From an uncultured virus (IMG/VR IMGVR_UViG_3300026484_000088) (lineage: Duplodnaviria > Heunggongvirae > Uroviricota > Caudoviricetes), in the IMG/VR virus record IMGVR_UViG_3300026484_000088: 64,000 nucleotides of DNA; one strand, written 5' to 3'. The number at the start of each line of letters is the position of its first letter. The stretch's first letter is position 1. Under the pieces are notes generated by a model. It searched no databases. It was not told the origin of the DNA and was given only the letters and a program-made list of their open reading frames with translations. This document shows, in pieces, positions 40,639-50,056 of the stretch. A program made the translations under genes and the position numbers.

Positions 40639-41117
40639 TTATTTATCCTATGTTTATCAGCTTCTGTTTTAGATGAACCAAAATAAAAAGATAATATCGT
40701 TGTTACATACCCACCAACAAAACCAGCAATTAAAGCTACATTTGGATTATCTATTGTTAGATTACCATTTAGTAATAAGCCGAATAATATAAATGTAGAT
40801 AAAGTAACAAATAAAGCTAATATTGAACCTGTATTTTTTACCAACCAACTATCACTTTTAGATAATTCTATATTCATATTTCTCGCACTATCTCTGTCAG
40901 CATTTGCTAACTCAATTTGTTTAAGTAAGAATTCTTTATTTTTATTTTCAAATTCTTTTAGTTTTAAAATCTCACTTTGAGATAATTTATCTTTTTTAGA
41001 TAAATCAATACCTGTTTTTTCTTTTAAAATCTCAACTGCCTTATCCTTTCCCGTATCTATAAAATTAGACACTAATTCCATTCCAGCATTTGCTAGTATA
41101 TTTATTATATTAAACAT
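40635..41117 (-). CDS. Holin-like protein
   Basis: DRDSAR motif, two TM helices, SFYFGSS. Confidence 0.7.
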   Translation of the reverse strand: MFNIINILANAGMELVSNFIDTGKDKAVEILKEKTGIDLSKKDKLSQSEILKLKEFENKNKEFLLKQIELANADRDSARNMNIELSKSDSWLVKNTGSILALFVTLSTFILFGLLLNGNLTIDNPNVALIAGFVGGYVTTILSFYFGSSKTEADKHRINK

Positions 41118-41141
41118 TAAATGTCCTTTATTTTTTAATTT

Positions 41142-42683
41142 TTAATGACCTCTAGCTAAAAAAGATACCCTAATATTTCTATCTGCATCACTTGAAGATT
41201 TTATTCTATATCCCGTAGTTATTTTAGATAATGATGGGTCAGAATGATCATTTACAATCCCTGCAGTGAAATACTCACAATCATCACTATCATCTCCATA
41301 CCATTGTGCATACACAACAGGAGGTGTAATAAATTCTTTAGGGAAATCCCATTCAACTGTAACTTCATCATTTGCTGGTACGGTTATAACTTCCGTTAGT
41401 TTTTCACATATTAAAGAACCATCATATTGTTTAACCCATCTACCATTATCATTAGTCCCAGAAGTTATTATATTATTGTTTTCTCCTCCAAGAATAACGC
41501 ATTTATTAAAATCTGAAGTATTATCATAAATTACAGGATTTATTAAAACAACATTAGGTGTAGCTACACTATCATCAATATTTAATAGTTTACCTGACCC
41601 TGTTGGTTTATAAGCTGAAGGTAATTTTAAACCTGTAAATGTAACTGATAATTCACTACCTGAGTCTCCATTTATATCAATTAAATGCTCATCTACTAAA
41701 CCATTATTAGCACCTAAAGTAGGATTATCAATAGTAATACTAGAATTTCCGCCTTGAATTTTTATATGTGTAGAATTTAAACTCTCACAACCAAAATTAC
41801 CAATACTTAATCCCCTAGTATCCCCAGCTAATAACAATCCTTTATTACCTCCATCACAACCACAACTAATTAAACTACTATAAAACATATTATGAACTTT
41901 AAATCCCACATCAGAAGCTCCATAAGATAAACAACTTGTAAGAATGGCAGATGTCCCATGATCTATCTCAAAACCTACTTTGTGGCCTCCTCCTTCAACC
42001 CTAACATTATTTATAGTTAAATTCCAAGTATTGCTCATGTCTACTGCAGTATAAAATTTACCTCTTATAACAATATCTCTTATCGCTATATTCCAAGCTT
42101 TTCCACTAATATTTGTACCAATAGCATAATTAAAAAAAGTATCACCATTGTTAAGTAAAGTTAAATTTGATATTTTTACTCCCGAAGAAGATATAGTTAC
42201 TAATGATATATCTTTAGTGATTAAAATTGTTCCTATTGCATACTCATAAGGTTTCGAACTTGCTCCTCTCAAACTTAAAGCTTTATTACAATTTATAGTA
42301 CTTTTTATGGTAAAAGTACCTCTTGGTATATAAATATCTGTAGCTACTGCTATAGCTTTATTTATAGCTATAGCATCATCACCAATACCATCCTCAAAAG
42401 TATTAAACCATCTTATATTAACAGCTCCACTATATTGTCTAACCCACCCATTAAAAGTAATTCCACTATCATTTATATCTTTCTTACTATAATCAAATAT
42501 AAAAGTACCACCTCTATTTTCATCTGCAACATGACATAATGCTTTATCTTTAATATTATTTAATTTTTCTAACTCATCAATAGTATTTACATAATAAATT
42601 TCTTTATCTGTATTAATAATATCATTCGTTTTTAAAGTTAATATTTTATTATTTGCATTTCTTAATCTAATTTCACTTGACAT
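41142..42683 (-). CDS. Tailspike with parallel beta-helix (pectate-lyase-like) domain
   Basis: GGTFIFD, VNIRWF, GDDAIAINKAI, IYIPRGTF; C-terminal NGRWVKQYDG..FPKEF domain. Confidence 0.75.
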   Translation of the reverse strand: MSSEIRLRNANNKILTLKTNDIINTDKEIYYVNTIDELEKLNNIKDKALCHVADENRGGTFIFDYSKKDINDSGITFNGWVRQYSGAVNIRWFNTFEDGIGDDAIAINKAIAVATDIYIPRGTFTIKSTINCNKALSLRGASSKPYEYAIGTILITKDISLVTISSSGVKISNLTLLNNGDTFFNYAIGTNISGKAWNIAIRDIVIRGKFYTAVDMSNTWNLTINNVRVEGGGHKVGFEIDHGTSAILTSCLSYGASDVGFKVHNMFYSSLISCGCDGGNKGLLLAGDTRGLSIGNFGCESLNSTHIKIQGGNSSITIDNPTLGANNGLVDEHLIDINGDSGSELSVTFTGLKLPSAYKPTGSGKLLNIDDSVATPNVVLINPVIYDNTSDFNKCVILGGENNNIITSGTNDNGRWVKQYDGSLICEKLTEVITVPANDEVTVEWDFPKEFITPPVVYAQWYGDDSDDCEYFTAGIVNDHSDPSLSKITTGYRIKSSSDADRNIRVSFLARGH

Positions 42684-42694
42684 TTTTATTTTCC

Positions 42695-43321
42695 TTAAAT
42701 TGTAGTTATTGCTTTTTCATCTTCAATACATAATATTCTAATTTTAGAACCAGAAGATAATTCTTTAGTATCTTCATCATCGATAGTATCTTCTCCGTCG
42801 CATTCAAGGGTAATTTTATGTGAAGTTGTATTTATTACTTCTAAATACATACCTTCTTTCATACTTGGTAATCTAACATAATCAGTATCATCATCATCTT
42901 TAGTTGAAGTTACTTTGTTAAAAGTATCTTTAATTTGATAATAATCTTCATCATCTGTATGTGTTGCTTCTATATTAACATTAAGACTATATCTATTAAT
43001 AGCATTAAATTTAGCAATATCTTGAAAATCAACTTCATCATTACATACTACTAAATGATCATGTGTACAAGTATCTTTAAATTGTGCTGGTTTATCTAAT
43101 GTAACATCTTCTTTTACTTCTAAAGTTCCATTAATTATAGTATCTTGTTTTAATTCAATATTATCACTTTTAAAATCAGCTATATCTGTAATTTCAGTAT
43201 CTTTTTTTAAAGTAGTTTTATCTTGCACTTCTAAAGTACTCTCTAATATTGTTGTATCTACAACACTAATTTTATTTTTAAATTTTACATCACCTTCAAT
43301 TTCATCTGGTTTTATTTTCAT
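42695..43321 (-). CDS. Tail/baseplate-associated protein
   Basis: Short beta repeats (STLEV, GTLEV) and VRLP..EG motif. Confidence 0.5.
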   Translation of the reverse strand: MKIKPDEIEGDVKFKNKISVVDTTILESTLEVQDKTTLKKDTEITDIADFKSDNIELKQDTIINGTLEVKEDVTLDKPAQFKDTCTHDHLVVCNDEVDFQDIAKFNAINRYSLNVNIEATHTDDEDYYQIKDTFNKVTSTKDDDDTDYVRLPSMKEGMYLEVINTTSHKITLECDGEDTIDDEDTKELSSGSKIRILCIEDEKAITTI

Positions 43322-43333
43322 TTAAACTCCTTT

Positions 43334-43930
43334 TTAAATTATAGTTAAAGTTGAATTATTAGGTATCTCAATGTACCCATCGTCTTTTACTTCTATTGAA
43401 CCAGGCGTTAAAGCATTTGTATCCTCTGGTATAGAAATACTTTTAGTTATAGTATTACCATAAAATTGAATACTCCTAACTGCATCTTCATCTGAACCTA
43501 ACCATTGTTTTAAAGCAGCTTCTTGCCATATAGGTTTATCGTTTGAATCATACCCTACACAAAAAAATGGTTGTTTGGCTGATGTATCAACATACATATC
43601 ACCTAATTGTATATCAGTACCATCTCTTCGTGTGTCTGGCGCTTTATCAAATGCACCTATATAAACATTATATACTTCATCAACTTTTTCAAATTCATTA
43701 GATAATGTAATAATATCATCTTTTATATTTGCAACTTTATTAATATTATCTTTGTAAGTTGCAGTTATATTAATATCATCTTTAATATTAACTACATCTT
43801 TTATAGTATTTAAATTTGATCCTACTTCTTTAACTTTATTATCTTCAAATAATTGTTTTAAATCTTCTTTTATATACCCTATTTGAGTATTAATATAAAC
43901 TTTTAAATTATTATATATATTACTAAACAT
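43334..43930 (-). CDS. Tail fiber proximal protein
   Basis: YIGAFDKAPDTRRDGTDIQLGDMY motif common in tail proteins. Confidence 0.55.
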   Translation of the reverse strand: MFSNIYNNLKVYINTQIGYIKEDLKQLFEDNKVKEVGSNLNTIKDVVNIKDDINITATYKDNINKVANIKDDIITLSNEFEKVDEVYNVYIGAFDKAPDTRRDGTDIQLGDMYVDTSAKQPFFCVGYDSNDKPIWQEAALKQWLGSDEDAVRSIQFYGNTITKSISIPEDTNALTPGSIEVKDDGYIEIPNNSTLTII

Positions 43931-43939
43931 TTTTAATCC

Positions 43940-44719
43940 TTATTTATTCCATGTATTATATCTGCTACCAAATTTCTGAAATTGACTAACAAATTGTGGG
44001 TTATTATACACTAATTGTTTTTTACTTGAATAATATCTTTGGTATAAAATATTACTCACTTGTTCATTATTTGCATTCATATACATATCACTTATATAAT
44101 ATTTTATACCAGCAATAATAGCAACATTAATTTTATTTAAATCTTCTTCAGACATTTTACTTGGATCAGGTAATACATTTACATCAGCTATTATTTCTAA
44201 ATTATAATCAGAACCAAAAACAGCTGATAATCTATTATGATTACTTATAAATGTATCATTATTGATCTGTTCAAAGAAATCAGGTAACATACTATAAATC
44301 TTATATTTTATTGATTTATCATCTACATAAAATAGATCCAAAGTAGATAAGTAACTTTCATCTAATGCAGTATATGTTTTAGTTTCTGTAGTAGAATTTT
44401 CATTAGTATCTTTAAAATCACATTCAGTAGATTTATCATTAGTATCTTGTATAAGATTAATTAAATCAATAATATCTTTTTCATTATATTCATGAGTATA
44501 TGTAACTTCAGTAACACTTGTATCTAAATGAGATTGAGTATTAAATATTTCTTTAATGTTATACATATCAACACAAGGTAATACATTAAAACTAAATTGT
44601 CTTCTAAATATTTTAGTATCTCTTGCTATATCATATATAACATCTTTAATTAAATTTTCTAAATCTTCATCAGATATTTGAGTATCTCTTATATATATTT
44701 TATATTTACTAATATCCAT
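43940..44719 (-). CDS. Head-tail adaptor-like protein (N4 gp67-like)
   Basis: Directly after the terminase gene; C-terminal YY..S..YQRY pattern. Confidence 0.55.
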   Translation of the reverse strand: MDISKYKIYIRDTQISDEDLENLIKDVIYDIARDTKIFRRQFSFNVLPCVDMYNIKEIFNTQSHLDTSVTEVTYTHEYNEKDIIDLINLIQDTNDKSTECDFKDTNENSTTETKTYTALDESYLSTLDLFYVDDKSIKYKIYSMLPDFFEQINNDTFISNHNRLSAVFGSDYNLEIIADVNVLPDPSKMSEEDLNKINVAIIAGIKYYISDMYMNANNEQVSNILYQRYYSSKKQLVYNNPQFVSQFQKFGSRYNTWNK

Positions 44720-44749
44720 AATTACTACCCTTAATTAAAATTATATTTA

Positions 44750-44758
44750 AGTATAACA
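44750..44758 (-). promoter_or_regulatory. Putative extended -10 promoter
   Basis: TGTTATACT on the minus strand upstream of the 259-aa gene. Confidence 0.45.
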
Positions 44759-44769
44759 TAATTTATTTT

Positions 44770-47340
44770 TTATTGATTAAATATTTCTTGAGCTTCCTTA
44801 TCTATATTATCATTTATACTATACATAGGTTCTAAAATTTGTTTTACATAATTTTTATCAAATAATTCATCATCAATATTAGAAGTATATCCATATACAT
44901 TATCTAATAAAAATAATTGAGTAATAACATCTATAACATCATCATGTTTACTTGTAAATTTTTTAACAGTAATACCACTTAATTCATCATATACTTCTCT
45001 TTTAAAATCTTTTTCTAATCCATTATTAAATAAAATAGCACCTTTCTTAAATTCAGGTAATACTTCCATAAATCTTGTCATTTTATTCTTAGTAGGCCTA
45101 ATTTCTTTTAAATTAAACCAAACACCTCTATTATTCATCTCTTTTTGGATCCAAGAAACAAAACCTCCTTGTTGTCCTGTTACTTCTATACCTACTTGAA
45201 GTGATGTATATTTATCAACTAATCTAAATAAATCTTCTACATTTTTATCCATTAATCTTTTTTCACATATTCCATCTACTAAAACTTTTTTATTATTAAC
45301 AGTTATACCCCATACGGAAATTACACTATAATCAGCAGCTTCTTTTTCACTTGTAGCAAAGTCAGTAGTAATATAATAAGATATAAATTTAGTTTTATTT
45401 AAATCAATAAATATTATTTCATCATCTGATAAAATTCTATCTTCATCAGATTTAACTTGTAACATTAACTCTTGATAAAAACCATCTAATGAACCAGTAG
45501 CTTTAGCTTCATTATACATATCTACTACATATTCATAAGGAAACCTATCTTCCCACGAACCAGAAAATTCCTCTTTACTACAAGGAAATTTTTCACATAT
45601 AGGATATACTGAAGCATTCCATTCCCCACTTTCAACTCTTCTATATAATGGATCATTTTCATGGAAAGGTGTACCAATAAGAATCATTTTATGTTTTGTA
45701 GGATGTAAAGCCTTAGATATAGCTTTATTTATATTATTCTCTATATTTTCTAATACTGTAGGGGATTTAGCATCTTGATCTCCTAACATATCATCCATTA
45801 CAACTAATTGAGGTCTTATTCCTAATTCTTTAGTACCCCTAATATTCTGTTGCCCACCATATAATTTAACTACAAATTCTTTATTTTTTTTATTTTTAAA
45901 ATAAAGTCTTGTATCTGTAAATGATATTTCAGATATCATATGTTGTAAGAAATCTGATTGATTATATCTATGCTCTATATTCTTTCTTAAGTTTTTAGCT
46001 CCTCCTTCAGCACTATCAGCTACATACATAGCTAAATTAACTTCACCAAAATTAGGTATCTTATTAAATACAGCTATATATAAAAATAAATATTCAGCAA
46101 TTAATGTAGTATTATGAGTTACTGTATAACCATTTGTCAAGAATGTATGTGTTTCATTATCCACAGCTATACATTGACTTGGCTCTATTGGAATTTTTTT
46201 TATATTAATAATAGGTATTTTATTTCTACTTTTATACTTAAATCTATTCCTTTTTCTTGGTAATTTAAATATATTAATATTTGTTTGAATATATACCATA
46301 TAATGTTTATTTTTTCGAATTAATTTAGCATTACCACCTAAAGATTGAACTAAAGACATGACACCTTCACATAACTTTAAAGAATTAGATGTAAAACTAC
46401 AACTACCACTTTTATTATATATTGTACCATCTGTATCCATTAAACCTTGTAATAAATTTATTCTTTGTGAAATAGAACCAGTTAAATATATTTCAGGAAT
46501 AAATTTATCATTACCATGTACATTTAGTTTTAAAGATTTTAATACTTTACCTAATCTTAAAATACCTTGAGTAACCACATTATTTTTAACATATGGCTTA
46601 CCTAAAGAATAAGGAATATACTTTCTATAAATAGATATATCATCTTTATGTGCATGTAATCTAACATATCCAGTATCTTTATTTATAGAACCATCTCCAA
46701 GAATAAGACCTAAAGTATATGGATCTATAGGTAACTCTTTTCTAGAATATCTAATAGGTTTAGTATTAGGAATATAAAAAGCATATTCTAATCCTTTAGG
46801 ATTCTTAATAGTCTTTTTTCTTTTCCAAGTTAAAGAGTATTTTAATATTTCTTTAGTTGTTAAATTTTTTCTAATAAGCTTAGTAGTTCTTTTAGCACCA
46901 TGTAGTTCAACAGTAGTTCTATGATGTACAACATTTATATGATCTTCACTGACTTTTAATTTTCTACCATCTAACAATTCTATTTCATACATAGGTTTAT
47001 TAAATACATTACTCTTAGCTATAATTTTAGTTAATTTACCATCTTCTCCATAAATATAATCACCTACTTTAATATCCTTAATAGTCCTAATACCTTTGTC
47101 AGTATATACAATACTATCAAGACTTAAAGCTTTTGCAATACCCCTATGAGACATAATAGCATGTCTTTTATGTTTACTAAATATATTATCTAATATCTTA
47201 AGATGTACCACAGGTGTTTTATTTTCTGGTTCTCCACCTTCAACTAACTTAATAAAATTTACAAATGCAACAGCTTCAGGGGAAGGGACATAAGGAGATC
47301 TATAATCTACTTCTTTTAAATAATCAATTACTTTCTTCAT
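44770..47340 (-). CDS. terL: Terminase large subunit with intein
   Basis: HRGIAK|TT P-loop; RGTKELGIRPQLVVMDD; GTPF; TTDFATS; HDDVID; likely start MKKVIDYL at 47340. Confidence 0.92.
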   Translation of the reverse strand: MKKVIDYLKEVDYRSPYVPSPEAVAFVNFIKLVEGGEPENKTPVVHLKILDNIFSKHKRHAIMSHRGIAKALSLDSIVYTDKGIRTIKDIKVGDYIYGEDGKLTKIIAKSNVFNKPMYEIELLDGRKLKVSEDHINVVHHRTTVELHGAKRTTKLIRKNLTTKEILKYSLTWKRKKTIKNPKGLEYAFYIPNTKPIRYSRKELPIDPYTLGLILGDGSINKDTGYVRLHAHKDDISIYRKYIPYSLGKPYVKNNVVTQGILRLGKVLKSLKLNVHGNDKFIPEIYLTGSISQRINLLQGLMDTDGTIYNKSGSCSFTSNSLKLCEGVMSLVQSLGGNAKLIRKNKHYMVYIQTNINIFKLPRKRNRFKYKSRNKIPIINIKKIPIEPSQCIAVDNETHTFLTNGYTVTHNTTLIAEYLFLYIAVFNKIPNFGEVNLAMYVADSAEGGAKNLRKNIEHRYNQSDFLQHMISEISFTDTRLYFKNKKNKEFVVKLYGGQQNIRGTKELGIRPQLVVMDDMLGDQDAKSPTVLENIENNINKAISKALHPTKHKMILIGTPFHENDPLYRRVESGEWNASVYPICEKFPCSKEEFSGSWEDRFPYEYVVDMYNEAKATGSLDGFYQELMLQVKSDEDRILSDDEIIFIDLNKTKFISYYITTDFATSEKEAADYSVISVWGITVNNKKVLVDGICEKRLMDKNVEDLFRLVDKYTSLQVGIEVTGQQGGFVSWIQKEMNNRGVWFNLKEIRPTKNKMTRFMEVLPEFKKGAILFNNGLEKDFKREVYDELSGITVKKFTSKHDDVIDVITQLFLLDNVYGYTSNIDDELFDKNYVKQILEPMYSINDNIDKEAQEIFNQ
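46111..47130 (-). mobile_element. Ala-initiated intein (340 aa) with LAGLIDADG endonuclease in the terminase
   Basis: Starts ALSLDSIVYT; VSEDHIN; LGLILGDG and LQGLMDTDG; SQCIAVD; ends VTHN followed by Thr. Confidence 0.92.
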
Positions 47341-48040
47341 AATCAACATCCATAATATCAGTTTCAAGTACTTCTTTAGCAGTTACTTGTTTATCTTGAA
47401 TACCTTTAACTAACTTAGTAGCTGTCTGATATAATGCTTGTTCTATAGCTTCAATAGAATCATCTTTCTTAACATTTACATCTACTTGCATATAATTCTC
47501 TTCAGGTGGTTTAGTCATTTCTAATATAGTTTTACTAGCTAAATGTTTAACCATTTCACTTTTAGCACTTAACATTAAATCAGTCTGTACTTTTAAAGCT
47601 TGATTTCTTAAATGCATATGAGTTAAATACTCAGGAACAACCACTAACTTATGCAATTCAGTAACTAATTTACTTTTATTATATTTAGCAGCATACTTAT
47701 CTGTATGTAACGTACCTAACTTCTCAGGAAATACTTTTAAATAACTTTCTGTATTGTTATATCCCATCATCTGATAACTAACAAATCTAACAGCATTAAT
47801 ATATTGATCTACACTAAATCTACCCTCTTCAAGTACTTTAGTATAAGATATTAAATCATCTATCATTTCTGGTTCATCTTCTAAAACTTTTAAATAATAT
47901 TCCTGTACTTCAGGTGCTAATTTCTTAGCTTTCTTAGGTAAATGTTTTATAAAAGCTTCTAATGAACCAGTAGAAGTTCTAATATTATTCTTCTCTCCTA
48001 ATTTAATTGCATCTTTAGCTTGCTTTACAGGATTATTCAT
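47324..48040 (-). CDS. N4 gp69-like protein (putative small terminase)
   Basis: YTKVLEEGRF..YINAVRFVS, AKSEMVK, KPPE; upstream of terL. Confidence 0.7.
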   Translation of the reverse strand: MNNPVKQAKDAIKLGEKNNIRTSTGSLEAFIKHLPKKAKKLAPEVQEYYLKVLEDEPEMIDDLISYTKVLEEGRFSVDQYINAVRFVSYQMMGYNNTESYLKVFPEKLGTLHTDKYAAKYNKSKLVTELHKLVVVPEYLTHMHLRNQALKVQTDLMLSAKSEMVKHLASKTILEMTKPPEENYMQVDVNVKKDDSIEAIEQALYQTATKLVKGIQDKQVTAKEVLETDIMDVDYEESN

Positions 48041-48349
48041 GTATTAGTCCTTTATTAGTTTTTAGTAATTATATCCTATACTTATTTAAAATTTACAAAA
48101 ATAAACTAATGAATATATCTATAATTGCTTATACCGACATTTTTATATTTTATATATACAAAAACCATTAAAAACATAAAACTTTTAAAATATAAGCAAA
48201 TATGAGCCATTAATTAATATATTTATAATTACTGAACCAGAGAAAAGATATAAGGGACCAGAAAGAGTGTATTAGATGTATCCGGATTAGAATTTATTGG
48301 TTCTAGCTGAGACTAGGTTTAAAAAATTAGCAGCTTTTATAAAATTATT

Positions 48350-48403
48350 ATAATTTAGTATGATTGTAAAAAACTTTAATATGAATTTAATAATTTAGTA
48401 TGA
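48350..48403. repeat. Direct repeat ATAATTTAGTATGA x2, 40-bp period
   Basis: Copies at 48350-48363 and 48390-48403. Confidence 0.6.
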
Positions 48404-48448
48404 CTGAGGTATATTCTATATACCCAATCAGTTTCGTAAGTATCCCCC

Positions 48449-48484
48449 CTACGTATGTTATTATAGAGAAATTAAATTAAGGAG
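48449..48484 (+). promoter_or_regulatory. Repeated early-region element, copy 1 (putative phage RNAP promoter plus RBS)
   Basis: CTACGTATGTTATTATAGAGAAATTAAATTAAGGAG; near-identical copy at 48687. Confidence 0.6.
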
Positions 48485-48490
48485 TATATC

Positions 48491-48634
48491 ATGACAGACA
48501 TTATCAGTATAGCATTAGCTTTCATCACATTAGGACTATTCAAGAAACAAGCAAGTAGTGGTGTAGATGTAGTAACAGACAGCTTTGATAAAGTTATTAA
48601 ATCTATCAATAAATTAGGGGAAGATAATAAATAA
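48491..48634 (+). CDS. Small early membrane protein (47 aa, not in the ORF track)
   Basis: AAGGAG RBS; MTDIISIALAFITLGLFKK...; followed by a hairpin and T-run. Confidence 0.6.
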   Translation: MTDIISIALAFITLGLFKKQASSGVDVVTDSFDKVIKSINKLGEDNK

Positions 48635-48686
48635 TCTTCTCTTATTTATTTTTTAATTTAGTAGTAAGTAGTTTTAGATAGGATAA

Positions 48687-48724
48687 CTACGTATGTTACT
48701 ATAAAGAAATTAAATTAAAAGGAG
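48687..48724 (+). promoter_or_regulatory. Repeated early-region element, copy 2
   Basis: CTACGTATGTTACTATAAAGAAATTAAATTAAAAGGAG. Confidence 0.6.
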
Positions 48725-48729
48725 CAATT

Positions 48730-48942
48730 ATGGAAAAAATTGATACACTAAAATTAATTAAGGAAGCTTTAAATTTCCTTGAAACAAATGATAATTTGGG
48801 TCCAAGCGATCCATGTGGAATTATTTTCGATTTAAAAAACAATTCATTTGAAATCATTAGTAGAAATTCAATTGAATATCCAGAAAGAATGATGGATAGA
48901 TTTCAATTAAGAAAGATTATAGACACATCAGAGAAACTCTGA
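48730..48942 (+). CDS. Small early protein
   Basis: 70-aa ORF with RBS. Confidence 0.6.
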   Translation: MEKIDTLKLIKEALNFLETNDNLGPSDPCGIIFDLKNNSFEIISRNSIEYPERMMDRFQLRKIIDTSEKL

Positions 48943-48962
48943 TGTGTCTATTTCTCTTTTTT
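48919..48962 (+). terminator. Rho-independent terminator
   Basis: 15-bp perfect stem ATAGACACATCAGAG-AAA-CTCTGATGTGTCTAT plus T-rich tail. Confidence 0.8.
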
Positions 48963-49230
48963 ATGATCCAGAGATTAAATAGGTATATATAAGAAGATTA
49001 GATAGATAATTAATTTATTATAATTCTCACTTAATTCTTAAATATTTCTTAACTCTAATACTTTACTAATATCCTATTACTTTAAGTTTTCTTTAAGAAG
49101 GGTTAAATAGATAGGTAGGTTAGATAAGTAATTACTTAAGAAGTCCTTGTTTAAGGTATTTTAGTAATAAAAGTAGTATAATTTAAAGAAACTTTCTCTG
49201 AAAGAATTTCTTTCAAGGAAATTTCTTGAA

Positions 49231-49258
49231 ATTATACTATATTTTTTAAATTTGTCAA
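49231..49258 (-). promoter_or_regulatory. Leftward sigma70-type promoter
   Basis: TTGACA-16nt-TATAAT on the minus strand. Confidence 0.6.
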
Positions 49259-49461
49259 GTCTATCTTATCTTTTGAACCAGAAATCATAAATCAACAATT
49301 CGATATCTCTTCAATTTATCTAACCTTTCACTAATACATTCTTTACGCTACGCTTGTTTCTTTAAGAATTAGTAGTTAGTTAGTTTAGTTGGTTCTAGTG
49401 GAACCAGTAAAAATTACATAGGTTATTATAAAGAAATAAAATTAAAATTAAAGGAGCTATT

Positions 49462-49689
49462 ATGGCTAAACAAACAACAGAATTTTCTAAATTCAAACTA
49501 AGTTATGAGGGAGAATTAATGGGGTATTTTAATACTCCATTAGATATCACAAAAGAAGAAGCATTACAGCTTCTTCAAGCTACTATTGATAATTTAGACA
49601 TTGAAGTAGCAGTTAGCAAGCCTAAAGGAAGTAAATTACTTTCTATTATAGGTAAAAAAGATACATCAAGTAAATCAGAGACTTTTTAG
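49462..49689 (+). CDS. Small early protein
   Basis: 75-aa ORF preceded by a variant of the repeated element (49414) and an RBS. Confidence 0.6.
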   Translation: MAKQTTEFSKFKLSYEGELMGYFNTPLDITKEEALQLLQATIDNLDIEVAVSKPKGSKLLSIIGKKDTSSKSETF

Positions 49690-49855
49690 TCTTCTGTATT
49701 TTATTTTTTTAAGATATAGAACCAGAGTAAATAATATATCTCTACGGATTAAGAGATAGGTTAGTAGTTTTCTCCTACGGTTGTTTCTTCTTTGCCTACG
49801 GCTGTTTCTATAGAGAGTTATTTAATAGCTCTAAATTAAAATTAAAGGATTTACA

Positions 49856-49999
49856 ATGACAAGAGTGAAATACGCAGGATACTATTATAGTTTTCCAAAA
49901 GGATCACATCCTGAATTATTAATAGATGGTGGTAGAAATGTAGTTAGTTTGAATGAATGGAGTAAAGCTCCAAGTAATAAGAAAATGATATTAGTTTAA
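49856..49999 (+). CDS. Small early protein (47 aa, not in the ORF track)
   Basis: AAAGGA RBS; MTRVKYAGYYYSFPKGSHPE... Confidence 0.5.
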   Translation: MTRVKYAGYYYSFPKGSHPELLIDGGRNVVSLNEWSKAPSNKKMILV

Positions 50000-50005
50000 A
50001 TTAAT

Positions 50006-50032
50006 AGACCTGAATAAGTCTTAAAACTATTC
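50006..50032 (+). promoter_or_regulatory. Small pseudoknot motif, copy A (before RNAP subunit 1)
   Basis: Stems AGAC/GTCT and GAATA/TATTC. Confidence 0.55.
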
Positions 50033-50056
50033 TAATTTAAATTTAAAGGAATAAAG

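Noticed and set aside
15227..46570. Plus-strand ORFs inside late genes (15227, 19755, 26692, 28437, 35891, 36937, 41266, 46358)
   Set aside because: Antisense shadows of real genes with low-complexity S/L/F/I composition and no RBS
6136..47130. Both inteins being 340 aa as evidence of recent duplication
   Set aside because: Their sequences, first residues and terminal motifs differ; the equal length is probably coincidence
47341..47367. Terminase start at 47367
   Set aside because: Overlaps the upstream gene more deeply and adds a non-conserved-looking peptide; the ATG at 47340 is more plausible
48350..49820. CRISPR array or mini-array in the repeat-rich early region
   Set aside because: Repeats are irregularly spaced, separated by genes, and include RBSs; no cas genes
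50006..50032. Hammerhead ribozyme
   Set aside because: Has CUGA but lacks the CUGANGA...GAAA core and three-stem junction
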